Assembly: GCA_964445575.1 (NCBI GenBank)
Contig: CAYULB010000001.1
Coordinates: 12,805 to 76,804 of the forward strand
Length of the DNA: 64,000 nt
Source of the DNA: an uncultured Eubacteriales bacterium
GTDB taxonomy: Bacteria; Acidobacteriota; Aminicenantia; Aminicenantales; Aminicenantaceae
Reading direction: 5' to 3'
The notes under the pieces were generated by a model. The model did no database searches, was not told the origin of the DNA, and worked only from the letters and a program-made list of their open reading frames with translations. The translations under genes were made by a program, and so were the position numbers. Positions 28,381 to 37,667 of the stretch are shown one piece after another. How positions within the stretch are numbered: position 1 is the stretch's first letter; every line of letters begins with the position of its first letter.

Positions 28381-29133
28381 ATGAGGTTTGATATAATCAC
28401 AATATTCCCCGAAATATTTGGAAGTTTTTTTTCAAGAGGGATCATAAAAAAAGCCTTAAAAAAGGGTTTGTTTGAGGTCTATGTCCACAACCTTAGGGAC
28501 TATGCCAAAGACAAGCACAAACAGGTGGATGACCGGCCTTTTGGAGGGAGCCAGGGGATGGTGATCAAACCAGAACCTGTATTTCGCGCTGTGGAGGCAG
28601 TGAAAAAGGAAAAAGAAGCAGTCATATGCCTGCTTTCTCCCAAAGGAAAGAAATTCAACTCAAAAATAGCGGAAAGCTTTGCAAAACGTAGGCAAATCAT
28701 ACTGATTTGTGGGCGGTATGAAGGAGTGGATGAAAGAGTTGCTGAATATCTGGCTACGGATGAAATCTCAATAGGAGATTTTGTTCTGACGGGAGGAGAA
28801 TTAGCTGCCATGGTTGTGGTTGACAGTGTTTCAAGATTTCTTCCCGGGGTAGTGGGAAAGACTGTGTCTGTGGAGCAGGATTCTTTCTCTTCAGATTTAC
28901 TAGACTATCCACAGTACACCCGGCCTAGATCATTCAGGGAGATGAAAGTTCCTGAAGTGCTGTTTTCAGGGAATCATAAAAGAATCGAGAAATGGCGAAG
29001 AGAAAAGGCCTTTGAAAAAACCATGAATCTTCGGCCGGATTTATTGAAGAACAAAAAGCTTTCTAAAGAAGAACTGAAGTTTATGAATGAATCAAAGAAT
29101 GAAATGAAAGGCAGGAACAATGGATCTAATTGA
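28381..29133 (+). CDS. trmD: tRNA (guanine37-N1)-methyltransferase
   Basis: [32 protein letters not shown]. Confidence 0.95.
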   Translation: MRFDIITIFPEIFGSFFSRGIIKKALKKGLFEVYVHNLRDYAKDKHKQVDDRPFGGSQGMVIKPEPVFRAVEAVKKEKEAVICLLSPKGKKFNSKIAESFAKRRQIILICGRYEGVDERVAEYLATDEISIGDFVLTGGELAAMVVVDSVSRFLPGVVGKTVSVEQDSFSSDLLDYPQYTRPRSFREMKVPEVLFSGNHKRIEKWRREKAFEKTMNLRPDLLKNKKLSKEELKFMNESKNEMKGRNNGSN

Positions 29134-29461
29134 CATGGTAGAAAAAAATGATATCAAGGAAGATAGAGATAATTTTAAAGTCGGGGATACGGTAGAAGTT
29201 CATGTTATTATAAGAGAAGGGGATAAAGAAAGAATACAGATGTTCAAAGGAAATGTGATTTCCAGGAGAGGCTCGGGGGCAAAAAAGACGTTCATTGTCC
29301 GAAAGATTTCTTTTGGGGTGGGGATAGAGAGGATATTCCCTCTTTACTCAAAAAGCATAAAGAAAATAAAAGTGATTAGAAAAGGAAAGGTAAGAAGGTC
29401 TAAGTTATATTATTTGCGTGATTTAAAAGGAAAAGCAGCCAGTATAAAAGAGTCCAAGTAA
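29120..29461 (+). CDS. rplS: 50S ribosomal protein L19
   Basis: [23 protein letters not shown] and [10 protein letters not shown] are L19 signatures. Confidence 0.95.
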   Translation: MDLIDMVEKNDIKEDRDNFKVGDTVEVHVIIREGDKERIQMFKGNVISRRGSGAKKTFIVRKISFGVGIERIFPLYSKSIKKIKVIRKGKVRRSKLYYLRDLKGKAASIKESK

Positions 29462-29464
29462 TGT

Positions 29465-29720
29465 ACCTGATTTATTCACGAGTCAAGATTGCTGCAGATG
29501 CGAGGCGTTAGGGCATGAAGTCGTGGTCCTTCACTGCGAATGCCCTGCAACGAAGCAGATGCAGTGAGATCGGCTCGCCTGGAAGGTAAAAAATGGCGAT
29601 TAAAATTGAAATCATGATAAGAAGAAACGTTCAGCTAAACGTTCTTGAAAAAATCTTGTATACCGCTGAAAATAAATTAATAATGAAAACATTGCCATTT
29701 TTTTTATGAATAGGTCAGGT
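29465..29720 (+). repeat. Intergenic TIR-bounded element, copy 2 (rod-hairpin cargo)
   Basis: Termini ACCTGATTTATTCA (29465-29478) and TGAATAGGTCAGGT (29707-29720); 12 of 14 positions are complementary. It starts 4 nt after the rplS stop. Internal helices at 29479-29577. Promoter-like module at 29656-29684. Confidence 0.8.
29656..29684 (+). promoter_or_regulatory. Promoter-like module carried inside the repeat element (TTGTAT-17-AATAAT), facing rnhB
   Basis: The same geometry recurs in the other copies: TTGGAT 26019-26024 with AATAAT 26042-26047; TTGCAT 49637-49642 with AAATAT 49660-49665; TTGCAT 22580-22585 with GATAAT 22603-22608. Confidence 0.4.
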
Positions 29721-29763
29721 GTATTGTGTTTAAAGCATCATCTTTATGTTATGATGAGAGAAA

Positions 29764-30399
29764 GTGGCTGATTTTCATACAGAAAGGGAAATAGCAAACA
29801 GAGGGTATAAACACATCGCCGGAATAGACGAAGCGGGGAGGGGAGCTCTTTTCGGGCCTGTGGTTTCTGCAGCGGTGGTGTTTCCTTCTTATTATTCTTC
29901 TTATATTGAGAAAGATTCTTATGGCTGGGTGAAACAAGTCAATGATTCAAAGCTTCTTTCTGCAAAAAAGAGAAAATGGCTTTTTCATTTGATATTAACC
30001 AAGGTGGATTCAGTTGGGATTGGATTTGCAACCAACAAAGAAATCGATAAGAATAATATTATATGGGCTACCAGAAAAGCTATGAAAAGAGCTGTTGACA
30101 ATCTGTCCGTAAAAGCAGACTTTCTTTTGGTTGACGGAATAGAGCTTTATGATGTAAATTGTTCTCAAAAGAGAGTCATTAAAGGAGACAAAAAAAGCAT
30201 TTCCATCGCAGCAGCTTCCATTGTGGCAAAAGTGCTGAGAGACCAAATGATAATTGGATTGAGCAGAATTTTCCAAGGGTATTCCTTGGAAAAGAACAAA
30301 GGTTATGGAACCCTGGAACACTATTCTGCTTTAAGGCAGTTGGGCCCCTCTGTATTTCACAGAGCTTCCTTTCGCTTGGACTGTGGAATAGAAAAATGA
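29764..30399 (+). CDS. rnhB: Ribonuclease HII
   Basis: GTG start. IAGIDEAGRGALFGPVVSAAV and DSKLLS motifs. TGtTATGAT at 29747-29755 lies 8 nt upstream of the start. Confidence 0.9.
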   Translation: MADFHTEREIANRGYKHIAGIDEAGRGALFGPVVSAAVVFPSYYSSYIEKDSYGWVKQVNDSKLLSAKKRKWLFHLILTKVDSVGIGFATNKEIDKNNIIWATRKAMKRAVDNLSVKADFLLVDGIELYDVNCSQKRVIKGDKKSISIAAASIVAKVLRDQMIIGLSRIFQGYSLEKNKGYGTLEHYSALRQLGPSVFHRASFRLDCGIEK

Positions 30400-32501
30400 T
30401 TGATAAACAAGAAAGAGAGAGAATAGAACTCAGGGCAAAAAAATTAATCAAAAAGGGGAAGACTGAGGAAGCGGTCATTGAATACAAAAAATTACTTACC
30501 GGCGATGACCAGGATATCCCAATAAGAAATATTGTAGGAGACCTGTATGTAAAGTCAGGCCAGAAAAAAAAAGCCGTCGATGAGTTTGAGAAAATTGCAG
30601 ACCTGTATGAAGAAAAAGGAATTTACTCAAAATCTATCGCTACTCTGAAAAGAATTGCCAGGATAGATCCAGACAATCTCAGCATTTCCAGAAGACTGGC
30701 AGACCTTTATAACAGCCGTGGATTTAGGTCAGAAGCGCTGGTTGAGTATTCTAAGCTGGCAAAGGAACTGAGAAAAGAAAAGAAGTACAAAGAAGCCATT
30801 CAGATGTACGAATCAGTACTCAGGCTTAACAAAGACGATATGGATTCGAGAGAAATTTTGGCAGAATTGTACGAAAAAGAGGGGAAAGTTGATGAAGCCC
30901 TTGAAAAATTGAATGAAGCGGCAGAACATAAAATTAGAAGAGAAGAGTTGAAAGATGCTTATAAGGTGTTGGAAAGAGCAAAGAAGCTAAAAACAGATTA
31001 TCCCCGAACTTTAACCAACATCATTGAAATATATAAAAAAGAAAACAAGAAGAAGGAAGCTTTCAAAATCATAAATGAAATACTCAAAAAAGATCCCAAG
31101 AATTTAAAAGCCCTTTACATATTAGGCAATCTTTTTTTAGAAGAAAAAAACAATGAGCAGGCTAAAGAAGTTTTTTTACGCATTGTCTCGGAAAGCCCCA
31201 AGGATATAAATGCAAGAGTGAAATTAGGGAAGTTGTTTATTGAAGAAACCAACCTGGATAAAGCTTTTGAATATTATGAGCCAGTAGTTGATTTTCTGGC
31301 AAGGAAAAAAAAGGAAGATAAAGCCATTGGTCTGTTGGGTTTGATTTTATCTGAGAGAAAGCCCCATCTGAAGACTTTAGAGAAACTGGCGGACCTTTAC
31401 AGGTCAAAAGGAAATAAAAATAATCTTGAAATTGTTAATAGACTGATTTTAAAAGAATGCAGAAAGAATAAGAGCAAGGAAAAGATGTTATCGGTTCTTG
31501 GAGAATTGTTGAATTTTTTTCCAGAAAAAGAAGAATATTTCAATGAATATCAGAAAACAAAAAAGGAACTGGGTCTTTGGGATGAAGACAAAGAAGCCTC
31601 TTTAAGTGTTGATGAAATTGAGGAGATTGTAGAAAAAACTCTTGCCAAGGTAGATTTATACATGGAACAAGGTTTGATTAAGAATGCAAAGCGGATTCTC
31701 CAAAACTTAAACATTAGGTATCCAGACCATAAAGGGGTAGAAAGAAAGACAAAGGAGGTAGAAGCCATATCCTCTGAGATTCAGGCGGAAGAGATTCCTT
31801 CTCGGTTAGGAGAAGTGAAAAAAAAGGAAACTGAATTGTTTGGAGAGGTAAAAAAGCCTCTACGTCCTTCTGAACCTCCCTCCTTGAAACCTGATTCTGA
31901 AGAAAAATTAACCGCTGCAGATGTGTTTGCTGAGACGGATATCATCCCTGTGGTCTCTAGACAGGAGGGAGAAAAAAAATATTATGATCTTTCTAAAAGG
32001 CCGGATGAGGAAATTGAGGCTATAAAAGATATTTATAATTACCAATTGAGGGGAGATACCACCATTGTGGAAAAGGCGCTCTCAGATATTGTATCTGATT
32101 TTCGAAAAGCTCTGAACGAAAAAGTTGGAAAGGATGACTCTGAGAGCCACTACAACCTTGCTGTGGCGTTTATGGAGCAGGGATTGTTTGATGAGGCCAT
32201 AGAAGAGGCAAAGGTTGCCTCAAAAGACCAAAATATTGCTGCGGACAGCTTCATTGTTATCAGCTCCTGTTTTTGCCAGAAAAAAGATTTTAAAGAAGCT
32301 GTAAAATGGCTTGAAAAGGCTTTAGATTCGACTAAACCAGGAACAGAGTCAGCATTTTCAATTAAATATGAAATGGCTTCAATTTATGAAAAATCCGGTG
32401 AACATAAAAAGGCGTTTGATATATATAAGGAAGTGAAAAAGTGGAATAAAGATTACAGAAATGTTGAAGAAAGAATAAGAGAAGTCAAAAAGAGAACTTA
32501 A
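30396..32501 (+). CDS. Large TPR-repeat protein (701 aa), cytoplasmic by appearance
   Basis: Repeated TPR-like helices throughout. An acidic/proline linker in the middle. The segment VDLYMEQGLIKNAKRIL resembles the FimV C-terminal TPR-like motif. The ATG overlaps the rnhB stop (ATGA). Confidence 0.65.
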   Translation: MIDKQERERIELRAKKLIKKGKTEEAVIEYKKLLTGDDQDIPIRNIVGDLYVKSGQKKKAVDEFEKIADLYEEKGIYSKSIATLKRIARIDPDNLSISRRLADLYNSRGFRSEALVEYSKLAKELRKEKKYKEAIQMYESVLRLNKDDMDSREILAELYEKEGKVDEALEKLNEAAEHKIRREELKDAYKVLERAKKLKTDYPRTLTNIIEIYKKENKKKEAFKIINEILKKDPKNLKALYILGNLFLEEKNNEQAKEVFLRIVSESPKDINARVKLGKLFIEETNLDKAFEYYEPVVDFLARKKKEDKAIGLLGLILSERKPHLKTLEKLADLYRSKGNKNNLEIVNRLILKECRKNKSKEKMLSVLGELLNFFPEKEEYFNEYQKTKKELGLWDEDKEASLSVDEIEEIVEKTLAKVDLYMEQGLIKNAKRILQNLNIRYPDHKGVERKTKEVEAISSEIQAEEIPSRLGEVKKKETELFGEVKKPLRPSEPPSLKPDSEEKLTAADVFAETDIIPVVSRQEGEKKYYDLSKRPDEEIEAIKDIYNYQLRGDTTIVEKALSDIVSDFRKALNEKVGKDDSESHYNLAVAFMEQGLFDEAIEEAKVASKDQNIAADSFIVISSCFCQKKDFKEAVKWLEKALDSTKPGTESAFSIKYEMASIYEKSGEHKKAFDIYKEVKKWNKDYRNVEERIREVKKRT

Positions 32502-32711
32502 TTTTTTTTTGCTCTTAAGAGATATCCCAATCTGACCAATTCATTTTTTTTAATTTACCATTCAACATATTTAAATCCAATGCTGCACAAGCCTCAATCC
32601 TTAGCTCCTACATTTCGTTTAGCCCATCCCCCCTCGACTTGGAAATAAAACAAGTTCGTAGTGAGAAAATGAATCCTTTTAATCGTTAACTAAATTGGAG
32701 AAAAAATAGTA

Positions 32712-33710
32712 ATGATTGAAGGGGAAGCATTCTGCAGAAAGGAAGAAAAGACAGTATCAGATGATTTTAAAATAGTGGGGCAGAGCCCGTCTATAAAAAA
32801 AGTTTTCAGATTCATCCATAAAGTCAAAGATATAGATGCCCCTGTTTTCATCAGTGGAGAAAGCGGAACAGGAAAAGAGTTGGTGGCAAGAAATATACAT
32901 TTAATGGGGCACAGGAGAGAAGAGAATTTTGTTGCCATAAACTGTGGGGCAATACCTGAGAATCTTCTGGAAAGTGAATTGTTTGGACATAAGAAAGGCT
33001 CATTCACAGGAGCTTTCAGGGACAGACAGGGTCTCATGGAAGAAGCAGATAAGGGAATTTTATTTCTGGATGAAATTTGTGACCTGTCTCCTCTACTTCA
33101 ATCTAAGCTTCTCCGTGTTCTTCAAGAAAAAGAGATCAGGAGAATAGGAGAGAACAAGCCCCGCTCTATCGACATCAGGGTGATCAGCGCCACCAATAAG
33201 AATGTTGAGAAAGAAGTCAAAAGAGGACGATTTCGTGAGGATTTATACTATCGGCTTAAAATTATTTCTATGGAACTGCCCGCTTTAAAAGACAGAGATG
33301 GTGATATTTTATTCCTCTTGGAATATTTCCTGAATAAGTTCAGTGAGGAGTTTAATTTAAAGAAAGTCTGTTTTTCTTCTAAAGCAGTGGATTTTCTGAT
33401 GAATTATCCCTGGCCGGGAAATGTAAGGGAACTGAAAAACGAAGTATTAAGATGTATGGTTTTATGTCAGGATTCAGATATCATTGCTGAAAAAGACCTT
33501 TCTCCAAAGATATACATAAAAGCCAAGGACACCACACCGGTTTCTTATGGTTTTTTTGTAGCAAGAGCCAATTTTGAAAAAAGATATTTAAATCAAGCCT
33601 TGGCTCGCTTCAATTACAATCAGACTCAGACTGCTGAAAAGATTGGTTTGAGTCGGCAGGGACTTTTTAAACTCATTAAAAAACATAAAATTGAGATGCC
33701 CACAAGATAA
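32712..33710 (+). CDS. Sigma-54-dependent transcriptional activator lacking an N-terminal sensory or receiver domain (PspF-like architecture)
   Basis: The AAA+ domain starts about 20 residues from the N-terminus. Motifs: GESGTGKELVARNIH, ESELFGHKKGSFTGA (GAFTGA loop), FLDEI, RFREDLYYRL, and a C-terminal Fis-type HTH (QTQTAEKIGLSRQGLFKLIKK). Confidence 0.85.
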   Translation: MIEGEAFCRKEEKTVSDDFKIVGQSPSIKKVFRFIHKVKDIDAPVFISGESGTGKELVARNIHLMGHRREENFVAINCGAIPENLLESELFGHKKGSFTGAFRDRQGLMEEADKGILFLDEICDLSPLLQSKLLRVLQEKEIRRIGENKPRSIDIRVISATNKNVEKEVKRGRFREDLYYRLKIISMELPALKDRDGDILFLLEYFLNKFSEEFNLKKVCFSSKAVDFLMNYPWPGNVRELKNEVLRCMVLCQDSDIIAEKDLSPKIYIKAKDTTPVSYGFFVARANFEKRYLNQALARFNYNQTQTAEKIGLSRQGLFKLIKKHKIEMPTR

Positions 33711-33720
33711 ATCATTTGAC

Positions 33721-33749
33721 TTGAATGATTGTCTTATTTTTGGTAAGTT
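33721..33749 (+). promoter_or_regulatory. Sigma70-like promoter abutting the small CxCC protein gene (TTGAAT-17-TAAGTT, 8 nt to ATG)
   Basis: TTGAAT at 33721-33726, a 17-nt spacer, TAAGTT at 33744-33749, ATG at 33758. Confidence 0.4.
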
Positions 33750-33757
33750 TTTTTTAA

Positions 33758-34054
33758 ATGGAGAAACAAGATAAAGATAAGGATTTAAAAATATTGAAAG
33801 CAGAGTGCCCTTGCTGCAGGTCACTTTTGTGGATAGATATCAATAGTCATGAAGTCATCGAATTTGAGAGAAAAATAAGAAAAAAGGGAAATCTGGACGA
33901 ACTTCTCTTAAAAGAGAAAGAACGAAAGGCAGGATTTGAAGCAAGGTTTGCTTCTACCGCAGAGCTGGCCAAGGAAAAGCAGAAAGAAGCGAACAAGAGG
34001 TTTCAGGAAGCTTTTTCACGGCATAAAGTTCAGGATGATGAAGATCAGAAATGA
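33758..34054 (+). CDS. Small hypothetical protein: N-terminal CxCC motif plus a charged coiled-coil tail
   Basis: 98 aa. AECPCCRSLLWIDINSHEVIEF is followed by a Lys/Glu-rich helix. No family recognised. Confidence 0.45.
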   Translation: MEKQDKDKDLKILKAECPCCRSLLWIDINSHEVIEFERKIRKKGNLDELLLKEKERKAGFEARFASTAELAKEKQKEANKRFQEAFSRHKVQDDEDQK

Positions 34055-34065
34055 AAGCGGTCTCA

Positions 34066-35493
34066 TCAGCTCCCTATTTGAGTTTCATCTTCTCTTATTT
34101 TTGGGGCCATGGTAAATCCTGTGAATCCGAATAAAACCAGAATAATGACTGAAAGGTAATTCATAAAAGCCCAGGGAAGATAGGTGAATGTGGAAACGCC
34201 AATGGTTCCTGTAATATAGACTCCTGCCATACTCCAAGGGATCAAGGGAACTATGATGGCTCCACTTTCTTCAGCGATCCGGGAGAGGTTTTTTGCAGCC
34301 AGTTTTTTCTTTCGATAAATAGGGGCCAGCAGTTCTTCAGGAATGATCATGGACAGATAGGAACTTCCTGTGACCAAAGCGGTTACCACGCAAGCTGAAA
34401 CCGTAGTGATAACCAAACTGGAGACTTTGTTTGCAAACTTCATAACCTTATCCAGTATCACAGAGAGCATTCCTGTTGACTGCATAATGCCGCCAAAGCT
34501 AAAAGCCGTGAATGCCACCAGCTGAGTTTCCATCATACTCATCAATCCCCCTCTGGATATAAGCTGGTCTACTTGAGGGACACCTGTATTGGCCTGGTAA
34601 CCTGTGTTGATGGCAGAGGCGAACTCTTGTATGGTAACTCCCTGGAAAATAACGGCAAGAATCCCGGCTATGAATGAGGAGAAAAGCATACCTGGGATGG
34701 TCGGTTTTTTGGTGGCTGCAAAGTAAAATACCACTACCATGGGAAGGAGCAGAAACACATTGAAATTAAAATTATCTTTGAGAGTTTGGGTTATTATCTT
34801 CATGCTCTCTGATTTGACCTCAGTTGATCCATAATTAAGTCCCACTAAAAAATAAATAAAAAGCCCTATGACCCAGGCTGGAGTTGCTGACCACAGCATG
34901 TGTTTGATATGGTCAAAAAGGTTTGAGCCTGCGGCTACCGGGGCCAAATTGGTCACATCAGAAAAAGGAGACATCTTGTCTCCAAAATAAGCACCAGCCA
35001 CAATAGCTCCTGCTGCTTGACCTAGAGGAATTCCAAGTCCCATAGCTATTCCAATAAAAGCCACCCCAAGGGTTCCTATGGTTCCCCATGATGTTCCCGT
35101 AGCAAGGGAGGTAAGGGAACAAATGAAACATGCTGTGACCAGAAAGAATTGAGGGGAGATAAGCTTAAGCCCATAGTAGATCACCATAGGGATCGTGCCT
35201 GAGGCTATCCAAGAACCCACCAGGATCCCCACGCACAGCATAATGAGAATAGCGGGCATGGCTTTGTGTATTCCATTGACAATCCCTTTTTCCATGTCGC
35301 TCCACTTGAATTTGAGGACAAAACCAAGACAGCCTGTTATGAAAGCAGCGGCTATCAAAAGAACCTGGGGTCTGATTTGGTAAACACCGTAACCAATACC
35401 GAGCAGAAGCCCCATGGCTATTAATGGAATCAAAGCAGTGGTGAAATTAGGTTTTTTTGGTGAATTTCCTATCTCTTTTGTTTGTTTATTCAT
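34066..35493 (-). CDS. nhaC: Na+/H+ antiporter, NhaC family
   Basis: About 12 TM helices. The N-terminal region and the layout fit NhaC-type antiporters. Confidence 0.8.
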   Translation of the reverse strand: MNKQTKEIGNSPKKPNFTTALIPLIAMGLLLGIGYGVYQIRPQVLLIAAAFITGCLGFVLKFKWSDMEKGIVNGIHKAMPAILIMLCVGILVGSWIASGTIPMVIYYGLKLISPQFFLVTACFICSLTSLATGTSWGTIGTLGVAFIGIAMGLGIPLGQAAGAIVAGAYFGDKMSPFSDVTNLAPVAAGSNLFDHIKHMLWSATPAWVIGLFIYFLVGLNYGSTEVKSESMKIITQTLKDNFNFNVFLLLPMVVVFYFAATKKPTIPGMLFSSFIAGILAVIFQGVTIQEFASAINTGYQANTGVPQVDQLISRGGLMSMMETQLVAFTAFSFGGIMQSTGMLSVILDKVMKFANKVSSLVITTVSACVVTALVTGSSYLSMIIPEELLAPIYRKKKLAAKNLSRIAEESGAIIVPLIPWSMAGVYITGTIGVSTFTYLPWAFMNYLSVIILVLFGFTGFTMAPKIREDETQIGS

Positions 35494-35537
35494 GGGTGAA
35501 TTCCTTTAAACTTGAATCAAATGTATTCATCACTGTG

Positions 35538-36710
35538 TTATTTGGAGAAGGTGCCCCTTGCTATCAAACGTTTATTTTTCATCATGATTTTTCCCTTAGA
35601 GATTGTATGGACCAGATTGAACTGAGAGTCAAAAATATCAATATCTGCATCAAAGCCAGGATGGATTTTTCCCTTTTTTTCAAGATGGTAATAAACCGCT
35701 GGATTCTCAGTGAAAATCTTTAGAGCATCCGGGACATCTAAAATATTTTTTTGAATCAGATGTCTGAGGTTGTTAAGGAGACTTTTTTGGTCAGCAATGG
35801 TAAGGCCTGTTAAATCTCCTTTTTCATTAAAAACAGGTAAGCTTCCATTGCTGTCTGAACTGACTGTGATATGGTCGAGGTTTGCCTGACTCTTCAGGCA
35901 TTTTCGAATGGCCTCACCTATGCTGATAAGCCCTCCCTTTTTCTTTTCAGGGTCTAAGTCAGCAGTTAAATCTATATAACCTCCTGATTTATTGAATTGA
36001 ATGGCTTCCTCCAGCAGATCAGGATTTCTATTGCAGTGGGTGGGGATGATTTGTCTGGAGGGAATTTCAGTTTCATTGATTACCCGAAAAATCAAGTCTA
36101 ATCTTCTCTCTCCATCTCCGACATGGCAGTGAAGGACTCCTGCTTTTCCCCCCAGCATACCTCCCACTCGGCACTCGGCTGCAAGCTGTGAAAACTCTGT
36201 GAAAGAAGGCTGGGATGAGCGGTGATCAGACAGGGCGATTTCACCAGCCCCGATGACCTTGTCTATGAGGACCAGGTCTCGTTTTACACTTCCGGTGAGA
36301 GTGGGGATGGGTATTTCATAGGCACCTGAAAAAATAAAGGTAGAGATTCCTTCTTTTTCAAGTCCTTTTGCTTTTGCGTAGAGCGATTCCATATGGCGGC
36401 TTACACTGTCTGTCCCCAGGCATCCGATAACCGTGGTCACTCCGCTTGAGATGATGTCTTCGACTTTGATTTCTGGAGCTCGAGTCTCTGGCCCACCTTC
36501 GCCTCCTCCGCCGGTGACGTGAACATGGCTGTCAATCAATCCAGGGGTTATGACTTTTCCAGATACATCCATTTCTTTAACCTCCACACCTTGGAGGCTG
36601 AATTCTCCGGGTTCTTTTATAGCTTCGATCTGTCTTCCTGCGATAAGGATGTCTTTTTCTCCTAATGGAGAGGGGGCAAAGACTTTCCCTCCTTTTAAAA
36701 GGATGATCAT
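35538..36710 (-). CDS. iadA: Isoaspartyl dipeptidase (beta-aspartyl peptidase, amidohydrolase superfamily)
   Basis: GLIDSHVHVTGGGGEGGPETRAPEI closely mirrors the IadA metal-binding N-terminal motif. 390 aa, as in E. coli IadA. Confidence 0.8.
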   Translation of the reverse strand: MIILLKGGKVFAPSPLGEKDILIAGRQIEAIKEPGEFSLQGVEVKEMDVSGKVITPGLIDSHVHVTGGGGEGGPETRAPEIKVEDIISSGVTTVIGCLGTDSVSRHMESLYAKAKGLEKEGISTFIFSGAYEIPIPTLTGSVKRDLVLIDKVIGAGEIALSDHRSSQPSFTEFSQLAAECRVGGMLGGKAGVLHCHVGDGERRLDLIFRVINETEIPSRQIIPTHCNRNPDLLEEAIQFNKSGGYIDLTADLDPEKKKGGLISIGEAIRKCLKSQANLDHITVSSDSNGSLPVFNEKGDLTGLTIADQKSLLNNLRHLIQKNILDVPDALKIFTENPAVYYHLEKKGKIHPGFDADIDIFDSQFNLVHTISKGKIMMKNKRLIARGTFSK

Positions 36711-36884
36711 TTTAATCTCCTTATGTAAAAATCAAGATCTTTTTCCACTGAGAAAAATCGAGTTTAAAGTTATCATGGAAATGGGAAATTTTCAAGGTAT
36801 AGAAAAAAATGAATATCTACTTGAAAATTATTTGATATAAAGTGAAAATATTGAGTACCAATACTCTGAGAGTTATTTGATCAA

Positions 36885-37640
36885 ATGGATTATGAACGAG
36901 AGCTTCAGAGATTAAGACCGCTCATTAATATATTGGTAAATCTTTCACTTTTAGGAAAGAAAGTTGTTTTAAAGGGAGAAGAAAATTTTGTTAAATCAGG
37001 ACCCAATATCATTGTAGGAAACCATGCCGGAAGTTTTAAAGATATAGCAGTTCTGTTGAAAATAACCTCCCGTCCCGTAATTTTTACCGCCAATAAAAAG
37101 ATATTTCATAAGGATCAACTGGATCAATTGATCAGGAATTACATGAGACACAATCTCAAAAGCCTGGGGGTCTTTCTTGATTTTCTATTAAGACCTATGA
37201 AGAGTCCCTTTTCCTATTTTATCTCAAAAAATATTTCGAAAATCGGAACCATACCTGTTGACCTGTCCAGCAAAAAGAGATCTGCCATAGGAATATGTGA
37301 AAGAAACTTAAAAAAGGGAAGGGTTATTGTTCTTCTTCAAGGAATGGGATTAGTCAAAGAAAAAACCATCAATCCGTTTGTCAGCTCTTTTAAAAGAGGG
37401 CCTTCCATCATTTCATATAATCTGTATAAAAGATACGGGCTGGTGATTCCTGTGACTCCTATGGCCATATTTGGAGCCCAAAAGCCTTTTCTGACTCCAG
37501 GGAAAATTAAGGTCAGTGTTGGGAAGCCCATGAATATTTTGGATTATAGGGAGGGAGGATTTCATCAAACTGTTGACAAGTTTAAACAGGCGCTGGAGAA
37601 AGAGGTAAGGTCCCTGTTGCTGGAGGTCATCCGTTCATAA
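36885..37640 (+). CDS. Acyltransferase-like protein (PlsC-family-like, non-canonical motif)
   Basis: GNHAGSFKD resembles the NHxxxxD acyltransferase block but has 5 residues, not 4, between H and D. The size fits lysophospholipid acyltransferases. Confidence 0.5.
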   Translation: MDYERELQRLRPLINILVNLSLLGKKVVLKGEENFVKSGPNIIVGNHAGSFKDIAVLLKITSRPVIFTANKKIFHKDQLDQLIRNYMRHNLKSLGVFLDFLLRPMKSPFSYFISKNISKIGTIPVDLSSKKRSAIGICERNLKKGRVIVLLQGMGLVKEKTINPFVSSFKRGPSIISYNLYKRYGLVIPVTPMAIFGAQKPFLTPGKIKVSVGKPMNILDYREGGFHQTVDKFKQALEKEVRSLLLEVIRS

Positions 37641-37667
37641 TCCTGTGCTTCTTGTTTCCCTTCTGCT

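Noticed and set aside
33710-33741. Hairpin AATCATT-TGACTTG-AATGATT followed by GTCTTATTTTT after the sigma-54 activator gene, as an intrinsic terminator
   Set aside because: The stem is 7 bp and entirely AT-rich apart from one G-C pair, and the T-run is interrupted. It also overlaps the -35 of the next gene's promoter candidate. It is too weak to call.
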